Shown: positions 17,889 through 26,925, numbered from the stretch's first letter. The stretch: DNA of 64,000 nt from a virus (IMGVR_UViG_3300045988_172839:128001-192000); one strand, 5' to 3'. Program-made: numbers and translations. Notes: generated by a model from the letters alone, not told the origin.

Positions 17889-20114
17889 TTAATCTTCTAA
17901 AGATTCATAAATTCGTTTAAATAAGACTTCCAAACAAGGAACTGCAATCGAGTTACCTGCTTGTTTGTATAACTGCAAATCTGATAAACCTGTCTCTTTT
18001 GCTTTTTGGTAGTCTTCGTAAGAGAACCCCATAAACTTCCAACACTCGCCGGGAGTCAGATACCGCATAGAATAAAAACCACTTAAAGGTTTCTGCTCTT
18101 CTGTCTGATTATCAGACAACATCAAAGCCAAATTGAACAATCCTTGAGGTTTGTTTACAATTTTCTCAGACAACCATAATACGTTTGGGTCTTTTGCAAG
18201 TTCTTCTCGTGTTGAAGAAAGACCACGCTCATATTCTACAAATGGACGAGCTAGAGGGTCACTTGCATCTGAAGGGTACAACTTAGACGGAACTTCACAA
18301 CCTACACCCTCTACAACTGTTTTAGGGTACTTATAGTCAGAAGCCAACATGCAGCTTACTTTCCCTGTCGGAAAAAGGCACTGAGTTCGCATTCCAATCG
18401 ACTCTTTAATGGTTGAAAGGTCTATGTCTTCTAAACCTTGTTCTTTCAATTTGTCGATTTTGTAATCAACTGGAACGTTAAAACGACCGAGGTAATGCAC
18501 GATACCCTTATCTCTTAACTCATAAGTAAAGCGGTCAATGTTATACTGCTTGTGCCACTTCTTTGTATCTAATTCACTACCTAACAAGGGAACCATAGTT
18601 GAACCATTATCAAATCCATTTGGAAAACGATACGGTTTATGTTTCCCTAAAATAGAGACTACGAAAATACGCTCTCTATTTTGAGGGAGTCCAAAGTCTT
18701 TTGCATTAAGGACTCCATAGTAGTTTGTATAACCTAAACCTCTCAAAAAGGAGAGCCAAGAGTGAAACCCATCTCGAAACTTAGCACTGTTTAGAGCCTT
18801 TACATTTTCTAATAACAAAACCTTTGGTTTCTTACCCTCAATCAATCGCTGACACTCCCATAAAAGAGAAGACGAAGTTCCTGAACCCTTTTCAAATCCA
18901 CGTTGTTTTCCTGCAGAACTTAAATCCGTACAGTTGTGTACAATACAGTTCTAAACAGTAAATGAATGATTATCTTTGACACTAATATCATAAACACTAG
19001 CTTTGTATGGAGTGTAACTAGCCGACTCTACGGATACCCAAACATAATCATCCTCAAAAATCATAGAGTTTGATTTAGTTTCCAAGTCACTAAACTCGAT
19101 ACGATAGTGTTCGTTGATAGACTCGCTAATTGTAAACGGTACTTTGTAAGCTTTCAACACTAACTGACTTATACCGTAGAACAATTCTTTACCTGTAACA
19201 AATAAAGTAGAGGTAAAATCTACGGTTTGTCCTGAGACCCTCTGGTAGCCCCATAGAAGCGCTCGAATTTGTTGTAAGGGTAAATCTACCCACTGAGATT
19301 GAAAATGCAATCTGTGCCGTTTTAAGGCGCTCTCACGCAAATAATTTACAAGAGCGCAATTTCGGATACGGAACTCAAGCTGTGAGTTACCTAGTTCTAA
19401 ACTTGAAGTATCAAACAACCCCTCAGTTAAGTCTCTTAATAAGTGATAATGTTTATTATCTACTTTCAAAATCAATTCTTCGCCCTTTACCATGAAAGGA
19501 TAAACAAGTAAGACACCTAATAAGCGCCAAAAATCTAAGTTCTCAAAATGGCTCTCTAGTGATGGATACCCTTGTGGGAGTTTAGACTCTGAGTTAATTG
19601 GAAACCCTAAGTAATCTGAGGTACTTAGCTCCCTCGCTTCTTTCCATTGTGGAGAGTTTAAACCCTCTTCAGATTTACTACGCACATAAAAGGGATGGTT
19701 TTCTGTGGTTGAAATATCTCTCGTAAGTTCTGAACTTACTGAAAATAAAGGCTTTAAACCTTGGTTATAAAAAGCAGTAACCTCTTTATATTCACCTGTG
19801 TGAGTTAAAACCGAGTCACCTACAACCACATTCTTAATAGGAACGTAACCTTTGTCTTTTACAAAGACTAAAGAATCTCCTGTGAAACAAGGGAAAGAGT
19901 AAGTAAACAAATCAAAATCTGGTAAATCCTCTGGCCACAACTTTGAAATGTCTCCAAAGTTAGGAGTTTCCCCATGAATAGCTTCATAAGCCTGATGGGC
20001 GAATTTGTCAATTTCGGATACACCGACTACTTCGTAATCAACACTTAAATTTCTCAGAGCCATGTGTTGAGAACCAACTCCTGCAAAGGCTTCGAACACT
20101 TTTAAATGTACCAT
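17889..20114 (-). pseudogene. DNA (cytosine-5) methyltransferase split by an intein at the catalytic Cys, with an in-frame TAG inside the intein
   Basis: N-extein FEAFAGVGS (I) ...YSFP, then intein CFTGDSLV...VYDISVKDNHSFTV-TAG-NCIVHN, then C-extein CTDLSSAGKQRGF...LLLENVKAL (VI), QNRERIFVV (VIII), GNSIAVP (X). Probable start is ATG 20114. Confidence 0.8.
18933..19889 (-). mobile_element. intein (Hint domain with degenerate LAGLIDADG-like insert)
   Basis: Starts with Cys of CFTGDS (block A) and ends with IVHN followed by the +1 Cys. VYDISVKDNHSF matches block F. 319 codons including TAG at 18951-18953. Confidence 0.8.
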
Positions 20115-20118
20115 ATTG

Positions 20119-20337
20119 TTAGCTAATCTCCTTTGTGAACATACCGCGAACTCCATCAAATCGACTGCCGACATTAGGGTATACTGCTACCAAGATTGTG
20201 TTTTCCTTCAATTCATCACTCGGAAACCCTTTATCTTGTAATCTGTTATAAGTACCAAAGGACACTCGATCTACTACCGTAAAGTCGAAACCTTTCTCTT
20301 CACCCTCCATTGGAGAGAAAATTAGTGTATATTTCAA
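20119..20337 (-). CDS. hypothetical protein
   Basis: ORF track; its stop lies 4 nt before the methylase ATG. Confidence 0.6.
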   Translation of the reverse strand: MKYTLIFSPMEGEEKGFDFTVVDRVSFGTYNRLQDKGFPSDELKENTILVAVYPNVGSRFDGVRGMFTKEIS

Positions 20338-20351
20338 TTTCCACTCCTTTC

Positions 20352-21614
20352 TTAAATATGGATTTGGAACTTGAGAGCTTCAACAGTTAGTAAAGCTAAG
20401 TCCAACGGTGGAATGATATAATCAGCACCATATTCTAAAGGTTCTAACAGTCGATAAGGTTTTCTTCGGAGTTTTGGTTCGCGCATATTCAAGAAAGCTC
20501 CATTTAAGTTCATAGCTCTATATCTATCCTTAAACTGCTGACCTTCTTCCTCAGTTAAACCATGTTTCATCAAAACTGAAACCATTTGTTCAACCTTTTC
20601 AGTTGGTTCTTCAATCTTCACAAACCAATCTTTTGCTATAAACAAAGGAGAGAGACCTTCAGTTGAAAAAGGAACTTCGGCTAGACTAGGTAGAGTGTAT
20701 CTGTCAACTTGGCGCTTATACGGAAGTGTTGGATACCGCTTGCCTGTTGGCTTGTGTTCATAGAAGACTTCACAAGGTTCGTATCGAAACTCTTTGAAAT
20801 CCTCTTCCTCTGCGACTTTCTGTAATAAGTCAACCAAGCGTTTTGGTTTTCGATAGAACCCTTTCATACAAGGAATTGTATCAGAACTATCCCCACGGAT
20901 AATCTTAGTTGCTAACAAAGTGTTATAGTCTGCAAACCCACCTAACTTCTTAACAGAAGACTTACGCTCTAACATACGTTTATAAGTGCGAGGAGTAATT
21001 TGCTCGTAGTTGTTGAGTTCGGGATACCCTTGCTCTGAGTAAGTTTGAGTTGCTGGGTACATATAAACAGACACTTGTTCATCAACCAAAGGAATCATAT
21101 CCAAATCACCTGTCAACACACAAATTGGGTTATTTGGGTACTGAATTTTAGCAACTCTCACCGCTTCTGCAATCAAATCATCTGCTTCGTAATTGTCTTT
21201 CTTCAAAACACAAACACCAATTTTCTTCAGCAAAGTTAAACACAACTCTGCTGAGTTCCACCAATCTGGTGCTAACTTCGGACGACCTGATTTATAAGTT
21301 CCACCTTTACCCTCACGTTTCAATAAATCTTTCATATACTCTTTGCGAGACCAAATCTTAGAGTCAGCACAAACCACCATAGGGTTATATCCTGCTCCTG
21401 AAAGTCTGTTCGCAAAGAACTTCAACATTGCAGACAATACCGTAGTATCTACTACAACTGTTTCTGTATAAACAGACCCCATAGAGTCTAATCTCTCAAC
21501 TTCTACCTCCGCAGACAAAGTGACACCTTTGGCACGCATTCCTTGGAAATACTTATGGACTAAGTGGTTGAAATCCACCACCCATACGATTTTGGACATA
21601 TCTAAGTTATTCAT
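20352..21614 (-). CDS. 5'-3' exonuclease / flap endonuclease (Pol I N-terminal nuclease family)
   Basis: NYEADDLIAEA, LTGDLDMIPL and GDSSDTIPCMKG match the FEN/5'-nuclease acidic motifs. Confidence 0.8.
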   Translation of the reverse strand: MNNLDMSKIVWVVDFNHLVHKYFQGMRAKGVTLSAEVEVERLDSMGSVYTETVVVDTTVLSAMLKFFANRLSGAGYNPMVVCADSKIWSRKEYMKDLLKREGKGGTYKSGRPKLAPDWWNSAELCLTLLKKIGVCVLKKDNYEADDLIAEAVRVAKIQYPNNPICVLTGDLDMIPLVDEQVSVYMYPATQTYSEQGYPELNNYEQITPRTYKRMLERKSSVKKLGGFADYNTLLATKIIRGDSSDTIPCMKGFYRKPKRLVDLLQKVAEEEDFKEFRYEPCEVFYEHKPTGKRYPTLPYKRQVDRYTLPSLAEVPFSTEGLSPLFIAKDWFVKIEEPTEKVEQMVSVLMKHGLTEEEGQQFKDRYRAMNLNGAFLNMREPKLRRKPYRLLEPLEYGADYIIPPLDLALLTVEALKFQIHI

Positions 21615-21677
21615 CTTATTTTTCTTTCTAACTAATCGTTTTCTAAACTACCGGTTGTTTTCCGTTCAATAGTGTAT

Positions 21678-21706
21678 ATTATATCATAAAAATCGAGAAT
21701 TTTCAA
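21678..21706 (-). promoter_or_regulatory. sigma-A-type promoter TTGAAA-17-TATAAT
   Basis: attata at 21678-21683 and tttcaa at 21701-21706, 17-nt spacer. Confidence 0.7.
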
Positions 21707-21726
21707 GTCGGATACCACTAAAAGAA

Positions 21727-21744
21727 AAGGAGCAACCGCTCCTT
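21727..21744 (-). terminator. rho-independent terminator
   Basis: Stem aaggagc/gctcctt with a 4-nt loop and a U-run, 3' of gene 21752..22213. Confidence 0.75.
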
Positions 21745-21751
21745 ATGTAAT

Positions 21752-22213
21752 CTAATCTTTCAAATCCAATAAGTTAGTCGCAACTCCTACATAGTAAGAA
21801 AACTCAGAAAGTAAACCAACCGTTTCAAACCCTTTAAACAAACCTTGAATCATTGAATCCACTGCTTGCTCTGGGAAGTTGTTTGCTAACTTCAAGTAAT
21901 CGTCAAAGGTAGCGTTTGGGGTGTTCAAGTCGAGCGTGTCGCGGGCGATACCCCTAAAGTAATTCTCTACAGAAATGTAACAATGACCTTGAGGTTGGTA
22001 TTGCATGAGAATACTTGCGAAAGCACAATCACTGCCTTTGCGCCACAAGTGGAAAGTTAGTTCATCTGGGCGGATATAAAGGTTAAACTTATCATTCACA
22101 TCTCTCTTGAATGGTCGAGAAGTGTTGTAGTTCTCAACCCAATTAGAGTAAACCTTCTCTGTTGCCATAATGACAATCGCTAGTTGTGTTCTGTTGTCTA
22201 GTGTTTGGAACAT
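21752..22213 (-). CDS. hypothetical protein, tandem paralog family B
   Basis: TQLAIVIMATEKVYSNW at the N-terminus and GFETVGLLSEFSYYVGVATNLLDLK at the C-terminus. Confidence 0.7.
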   Translation of the reverse strand: MFQTLDNRTQLAIVIMATEKVYSNWVENYNTSRPFKRDVNDKFNLYIRPDELTFHLWRKGSDCAFASILMQYQPQGHCYISVENYFRGIARDTLDLNTPNATFDDYLKLANNFPEQAVDSMIQGLFKGFETVGLLSEFSYYVGVATNLLDLKD

Positions 22214-22288
22214 AAAATGTCACACCTCTTTCTATTTCTTAATTCTTCAAATCAAATAAAACAGTAAGAACCAATCATATCAAATAAA

Positions 22289-22759
22289 TTATCGTTTTAA
22301 TTCGTACAACTCATAAGCTACACCTAAATAATACGAGAAGTCAGGATAGTAACCAAGTTGCTCAAAGCAAGAGTATACTGCTTTAATGGTCTTGGGAAGT
22401 GTGTCTTCTTGGAAGTCTTTAACAAAAGCTAAATAAGTTGTAACATCAACCTTATTAAACGTAGTTTCAAACAATCTCAAAGTTGAACCTCTTCGATAAT
22501 ATTCCATAGAAATATATAAATCATTACCTTCTGCAAACTTAGAAGTTACTAGGAAATTGCTATAAAGCAAATCGCTATTTCTACGACAAATATCAAGGTT
22601 AAAGGATTGATTATCTAACCGAAGTTGCACATTAGAAGAACTAACATTTAACGGTTCGTTCAAATTACCATAATCATAAAGACGTTTGTAAAGTGCAGCA
22701 GAAGCCATTAAGATTAAAGCAAATTGCTCTTTCGAACTTAAAGAGTTAAAACCGGACAT
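22289..22759 (-). CDS. hypothetical protein, tandem paralog family B
   Basis: Start at ATG 22759 after AAGGAAGGGG; KEQFALILMASAALYKRL at the N-terminus and CFEQLGYYPDFSYYLGVAYELYELK at the C-terminus. Confidence 0.7.
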   Translation of the reverse strand: MSGFNSLSSKEQFALILMASAALYKRLYDYGNLNEPLNVSSSNVQLRLDNQSFNLDICRRNSDLLYSNFLVTSKFAEGNDLYISMEYYRRGSTLRLFETTFNKVDVTTYLAFVKDFQEDTLPKTIKAVYSCFEQLGYYPDFSYYLGVAYELYELKR

Positions 22760-22773
22760 AGGATACCCCTTCC

Positions 22774-23676
22774 TTATTTTACATAACCAAGGCTTGCGTA
22801 TGCAGACCAAAGACCTACTTTTGTAATCAAGGACTCAAACTCAGTAACGAACCCTAACGTATACTCACATGAAATTAAACCTGAAAGACGGTCTGCGTCC
22901 TCATAGAACAAACCTACTTCAGTAAATGAATCTAAATTCCCATTTTGATTTGAAAGTCTGTAAAGATAGTGATCTCGATCATCTGTTGGTACAATCGTAA
23001 ACGTAAAGTAAGCTTTATTATCAATTAAGACAGAATAAGAAAGACCGGCTTTGTTGATAGTCAATAAGGAAGTTGGGGTTGTTTCTGCATAACTTTGTTC
23101 ATCCAACATAGAATGTAATAAGAGAGTCTTATAAAAATCAGAAATGCGAAGGAATGTAGTTCTTAGTTCTTTTCTTACATCTACCTTTGTTGCGTGTTTT
23201 CGCTTTGCTAACTGTTTAGCAGTAGGCATATACTGAACTGAAGTAGATAAGAAATGATTAAAGTTTTGAGACCATGTATTATCAGCATTGAAAATGTCAA
23301 GAATACCACTCACAAAGGGAGCTAAATATTCTGAAGGAAGTTCTGCTGCTAAACGCTCGAAATCGCTATGCGCATTGAAGATACCGCGTGTTACATTTTC
23401 AAACTGAGGGTTATTTCTAACGTAAGGAGTCACTGCAAAGCTGAGTTTACGGTCTTTGTTAAATGTAAAACTAAACGTGAACCATGTCAAATAATTTTGT
23501 CTTAGTACATTTACAAAGCAACCATGGTTATCAATGTTTACTATCACTTTGTTGTTATCAAATTCAGCCGTAGCTGGTCCGTTTAGTTCTCGTCTAAGTT
23601 TCTCCCATGTATCAACCAAAGCAGTTGCTACTAATGCAAAACGTTGTTCTTTTGTATAGGGTTTCAAATCAATCAT
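22774..23676 (-). CDS. hypothetical protein, family B, double-length (two family-like modules)
   Basis: KEQRFALVATALVDTWEKL at the N-terminus. At 300 aa it is about twice the family size, and a second module starts near KELRTTFLRISDFYKTLL. Confidence 0.65.
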   Translation of the reverse strand: MIDLKPYTKEQRFALVATALVDTWEKLRRELNGPATAEFDNNKVIVNIDNHGCFVNVLRQNYLTWFTFSFTFNKDRKLSFAVTPYVRNNPQFENVTRGIFNAHSDFERLAAELPSEYLAPFVSGILDIFNADNTWSQNFNHFLSTSVQYMPTAKQLAKRKHATKVDVRKELRTTFLRISDFYKTLLLHSMLDEQSYAETTPTSLLTINKAGLSYSVLIDNKAYFTFTIVPTDDRDHYLYRLSNQNGNLDSFTEVGLFYEDADRLSGLISCEYTLGFVTEFESLITKVGLWSAYASLGYVK

Positions 23677-24170
23677 TTTAGACCTCCATTAAAATCTGTC
23701 CAATGTACAACTTGATTAAATTCTTTGTTCAAACGATTTAATTCATCTTGTAAAATCAGTTGCAACTCAAATAAAGATTCATAGAAACTTAACCGTTGTG
23801 AGTTACTGATTGGATAGTAAAACTGTCGAACAAATTCATGCCATTCAGAGTTGTACTCTTTAAGTAAAGACTCTTTAAACTCAAACTCTACCTTACCATT
23901 ACGATAAGAACGAAATGCAGCGGAGAAAATTAAATCTGAGGATACCCCATTGATTACTTTGGATTGTCTAGTAATAGCAAGAGTTGTACTTGGTAAACCG
24001 GTAGTTCGATAAGTTACTAAAGTGAACTCTTTAAAGTTTATAGTATAAGCAAAACTAGAACTCTCTGAACTAAACTCAAAGTTTTGAAAAGGGAGTAAGT
24101 CAATCCAAGTGTTTACGACTAGGTTTAGTATTTGATACAAGTCAATCGGCTCAAGTTGTTTAGTTGCCAT
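23673..24170 (-). CDS. hypothetical protein, tandem paralog family B
   Basis: IDLYQILNLVVNTWIDL at the N-terminus; similar size. Confidence 0.65.
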   Translation of the reverse strand: MATKQLEPIDLYQILNLVVNTWIDLLPFQNFEFSSESSSFAYTINFKEFTLVTYRTTGLPSTTLAITRQSKVINGVSSDLIFSAAFRSYRNGKVEFEFKESLLKEYNSEWHEFVRQFYYPISNSQRLSFYESLFELQLILQDELNRLNKEFNQVVHWTDFNGGLK

Positions 24171-24639
24171 GTGAAATACCCTCTCTAAACTCTACTTCTC
24201 TATCCAACTGTGTAAGAACATCTCTTAAAGTCATTTCTAGTGCAAAACGTTGAGACTCGTTTAACTGAGCAACAATTTCTGAAACATAAGGGTACCACAT
24301 ATAAGAGTCTGTACCTAAACTATCTCTCCAAAACTCAAACTGCACCTTATCTCGATTGAAAAAGCGCACACCTGACTTAATTTCATAATCAGCAACACCA
24401 TTAACCCAAAAATCATAAGGAGGGCAATTCCCATCCAATCGAATTGAAATACTTAGGTTTAGGTGTCCATTCCCCCTAAAAGTAGTTACAACTAATGAGG
24501 AATTGTTTGCATGAATATCATAAGAAGGAGAATTAAATCTAACGATGAACTGTGGAAATCTACGACCCTCCAACCAACGGTATAGAACCTTTTGAAATAA
24601 ACTATTTAATTTAACTACTTCTACTTCTGATTGAACCAT
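24160..24639 (-). CDS. hypothetical protein, tandem paralog family B
   Basis: VKLNSLFQKVLYRWLEG at the N-terminus. Shares RSYRNGKVEFEF / RFFNRDKVQFEF with 23673..24170. Confidence 0.65.
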   Translation of the reverse strand: MVQSEVEVVKLNSLFQKVLYRWLEGRRFPQFIVRFNSPSYDIHANNSSLVVTTFRGNGHLNLSISIRLDGNCPPYDFWVNGVADYEIKSGVRFFNRDKVQFEFWRDSLGTDSYMWYPYVSEIVAQLNESQRFALEMTLRDVLTQLDREVEFREGISHGN

Positions 24640-24643
24640 CTAA

Positions 24644-25117
24644 TTAACCTCCAATCCAACCGTTGAGAACCGCAAAGCGGTGTTGATAACCCTGAAACTG
24701 TGACTCTAAACCAATCAACGTAAAGAAGAAAGGTAAAGAGCGTAGAATAGAAACATACGCAGGTTGCGGAACAACATCTAGTAAGACTTTAAAATCTTCT
24801 ACCGAGAAAGCAACTCCTTCGAGTGCTTTTGTATCCACTAACTTACCATGAGAGTAGTTTTGAACCATCAAATTCAACTCTAAACCATTGTCTGCGACTG
24901 TAAAATACAAAGACACAAATGGTCGTCCTAACTGTCTTAAGACGGTGTAACTAAAGGTATTTGAAGTACAGAACCATTCTACTCCGTCTTGTTTTAAACC
25001 GTCAGCGCTAATGCTTTGTAAGTACCTAGAGTTATCAAACCAAACTTGAAAGGCAGAGCGCATTGCTAATAAAACTTGTACATTCTCTGGTAATTCGTTG
25101 ACATATTGTGCCATCAT
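24644..25117 (-). CDS. hypothetical protein, tandem paralog family B
   Basis: Start at ATG 25117 after a GAAGGAG RBS; VQVLLAMRSAFQVWFDN at the N-terminus. Confidence 0.65.
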   Translation of the reverse strand: MMAQYVNELPENVQVLLAMRSAFQVWFDNSRYLQSISADGLKQDGVEWFCTSNTFSYTVLRQLGRPFVSLYFTVADNGLELNLMVQNYSHGKLVDTKALEGVAFSVEDFKVLLDVVPQPAYVSILRSLPFFFTLIGLESQFQGYQHRFAVLNGWIGG

Positions 25118-25156
25118 AACTTTCTTCTCCTTCAATCTCAAAATCTTGTTAAAAAT

Positions 25157-25185
25157 AGTATAACAAATGGAGAGAATGTTTGCAA
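25157..25185 (-). promoter_or_regulatory. sigma-A-type promoter TTGCAA-17-TATACT
   Basis: agtata at 25157-25162 and ttgcaa at 25180-25185, 17-nt spacer. Sits at the head of the family B array. Confidence 0.7.
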
Positions 25186-25343
25186 GTAAATAAGATGGAA
25201 AATAAGAAAAAGTTCCAATCTAAAGGTTGGAACTATGAATTAGAGGATACCGCTAGGTAAAGAAAAAGAAAGCACATTAGACTATTACGCGCTTTCTCTT
25301 CTGAATTATGGGGTGTACAAGCTGTTGCAAGTACATGGGTAAG

Positions 25344-25505
25344 TCAGTCTTTTTCAACTGTAATGGTAAATTTCCTACCATTCATGTCTAAAGGCAAGAC
25401 TGCGCCCTCTTTGTTTTTATCGCTCACTAAATCTAAAAGAATTTCTAAGACTTGTTTCCCTAGTAAGAGTTGAGTTTCCAAAACGTTTGAATCTGTGTTG
25501 TTCAT
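25344..25505 (-). CDS. hypothetical small protein
   Basis: ATG 25505 lies just after the upstream stop. The longer track ORF overlaps the upstream gene. Confidence 0.5.
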   Translation of the reverse strand: MNNTDSNVLETQLLLGKQVLEILLDLVSDKNKEGAVLPLDMNGRKFTITVEKD

Positions 25506-25509
25506 AGGC

Positions 25510-25950
25510 TTACGCGTCTTCTTCTTCGTCTTTTCCACCTAGCAAACGCTCTGCACTTGCAAAGTGAAGGTCAAGCAAGTTACGGACATCTTCGTTGTCC
25601 TCAACCAAGGTAAGCATGCTTTCATCATCTTTTGGTAGTTTCTCAACGATTTGACCGATATAAGTCATAACTGTGTTCTTAACGAGGTCATCTGCGTTCA
25701 AACCAAGTTTTTCGAAAGTTTCTTTAGTTCCAAGGATACGGGTAATGGCAGTTACCATTGTGTCGAGTGTTACATAAACTGAGTCACTACGAACGTGAGA
25801 CTCACGGATTGAACTAAAACCTACCTTATCGTCTTGCTCAAAAGTTGCAAGAGACACGAAAGACATAGGAGCTAATGTTTCTTCCCCTCGGTCTTCCCAA
25901 AACTGTAGGTGTTCTTTTAAATCCATAGCTGGGCTAGTTTTTGTTGTCAT
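25510..25950 (-). CDS. acidic protein, paralog of 26332..26838 and 16860..17327
   Basis: D/E-rich; its shared layout with 26332..26838 includes LGLNADDLVKNTVMTY compared with FGIDKVALAYEVVQF. Confidence 0.7.
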   Translation of the reverse strand: MTTKTSPAMDLKEHLQFWEDRGEETLAPMSFVSLATFEQDDKVGFSSIRESHVRSDSVYVTLDTMVTAITRILGTKETFEKLGLNADDLVKNTVMTYIGQIVEKLPKDDESMLTLVEDNEDVRNLLDLHFASAERLLGGKDEEEDA

Positions 25951-25984
25951 AAAGTTCTAACTCCTTTAATTTTAAGTATAATTC

Positions 25985-26013
25985 ATTATAACACAACTAA
26001 GTCTTAAAGTCAA
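25985..26013 (-). promoter_or_regulatory. sigma-A-type promoter TTGACT-17-TATAAT
   Basis: attata at 25985-25990 and agtcaa at 26008-26013, 17-nt spacer. Confidence 0.8.
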
Positions 26014-26150
26014 CAGAAAAAGACCACCGAAGTGGACTTTTCATAGCCGTTTAATAGTGTGTCCGTTTGATATTCGGTTCGTTTTGTTCTTTGGTCTAGC
26101 AAGGCACCACCCAAGCATCCTTGACCAAAAGAAATTCATAACCTAACTTC
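26014..26150 (-). ncRNA. candidate small RNA (or 32-codon peptide mRNA), about 135 nt
   Basis: Lies between promoter 26157-26185 and terminator 26021-26038. It contains only a 32-codon ATG frame (MNFFWSRMLGWCLARPK...) with a weak RBS, plus an internal long stem tttggtc...gaccaaa. Confidence 0.4.
26021..26038 (-). terminator. rho-independent terminator (UUCG loop)
   Basis: agaccac-cgaa-gtggact (one mismatch) followed by a U-run on the minus strand. Confidence 0.6.
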
Positions 26151-26156
26151 TCTAAT

Positions 26157-26185
26157 AGTATAGCACAAAAGCTTTGATTTGTCAA
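26157..26185 (-). promoter_or_regulatory. sigma-A-type promoter TTGACA-17-TATACT
   Basis: agtata at 26157-26162 and tgtcaa at 26180-26185, 17-nt spacer. Confidence 0.8.
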
Positions 26186-26211
26186 CAAAAAAAGAGGGGA
26201 ACTACCCCTCT
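26186..26211 (-). terminator. rho-independent terminator
   Basis: Stem agagggg/cccctct with a 5-nt loop and a 7-nt U-run on the minus strand. Confidence 0.8.
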
Positions 26212-26290
26212 TCCCCATATTATTACGGATCGTTTAACAATTTACAAGACCGTTCCCTTTTATAGTTAATCACCCCTAGTTCTTAACTAC
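26186..26290 (-). ncRNA. candidate small RNA, about 100 nt
   Basis: Lies between promoter 26297-26325 and the strong terminator at 26193-26211. It has no ORF (ATGATGTAG only). Confidence 0.45.
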
Positions 26291-26296
26291 ATCATT

Positions 26297-26325
26297 AGTA
26301 TAGCACAAAAACTAAATTTTGTCAA
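26297..26325 (-). promoter_or_regulatory. sigma-A-type promoter TTGACA-17-TATACT
   Basis: agtata at 26297-26302 and tgtcaa at 26320-26325, 17-nt spacer. Confidence 0.8.
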
Positions 26326-26331
26326 GAATGT

Positions 26332-26838
26332 TTATACTTCTGCACCTTCAATATAAACCATAGAAGACATGTGACTATCTAAAAAATCCACTAATTCTGG
26401 GTGTTCTTGTATCAAATCATCTAAATCATCAGTAGTTTCTAGTTCAGAGTGAACATCAAGACCCAAAGATGACTCAATGCGAAAAGCCAAAAATTGTACA
26501 ACCTCATAAGCTAAAGCAACTTTATCGATACCAAACTGGTCTAAACGGTTCTCACTATCCATTGCAGTTAAGGTGGTTTCAACTGCACTCAATAACAGTG
26601 AATAATACTGATGGTTAGAGCAAGTCAACATAACCTCACCGTGAGAGTCTTCTTCATCTGTACCTTCAACAGACGCAACAGTTAGAACACCAGAGATAGG
26701 TTTCTCTTCTTTCAAGAGACCATGTGTAAACGCTAAATGGTCTTTCAACATTTGCTGAGTTTGCTCTTTTGTTAAAACGTTAAAGGTAGGTGTAGAATCA
26801 ACTTCCCCAATTTGAGAAATTTGTGATTTTGTGGACAT
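26332..26838 (-). CDS. acidic protein, paralog of 25510..25950
   Basis: D/E-rich; ends in EHPELVDFLDSHMSSMVYIEG. Confidence 0.7.
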   Translation of the reverse strand: MSTKSQISQIGEVDSTPTFNVLTKEQTQQMLKDHLAFTHGLLKEEKPISGVLTVASVEGTDEEDSHGEVMLTCSNHQYYSLLLSAVETTLTAMDSENRLDQFGIDKVALAYEVVQFLAFRIESSLGLDVHSELETTDDLDDLIQEHPELVDFLDSHMSSMVYIEGAEV

Positions 26839-26872
26839 GGATTATCTCCTTTAGTCTAAATTTTATGTATTT

Positions 26873-26901
26873 ATTTTATCATAAAATAAATAAAAAGTCA
26901 A
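26873..26901 (-). promoter_or_regulatory. sigma-A-type promoter TTGACT-17-TGaTAAAAT (extended -10)
   Basis: atttta at 26873-26878 preceded by TGA on the minus strand; agtcaa at 26896-26901. Confidence 0.7.
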
Positions 26902-26904
26902 ACG

Positions 26905-26925
26905 AAAAACGCACTAAAGTGCGTT
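26905..26925 (-). terminator. rho-independent terminator
   Basis: Stem aacgcac/gtgcgtt with a 4-nt loop and a U-run, 3' of gene 27078..27506. Confidence 0.75.
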
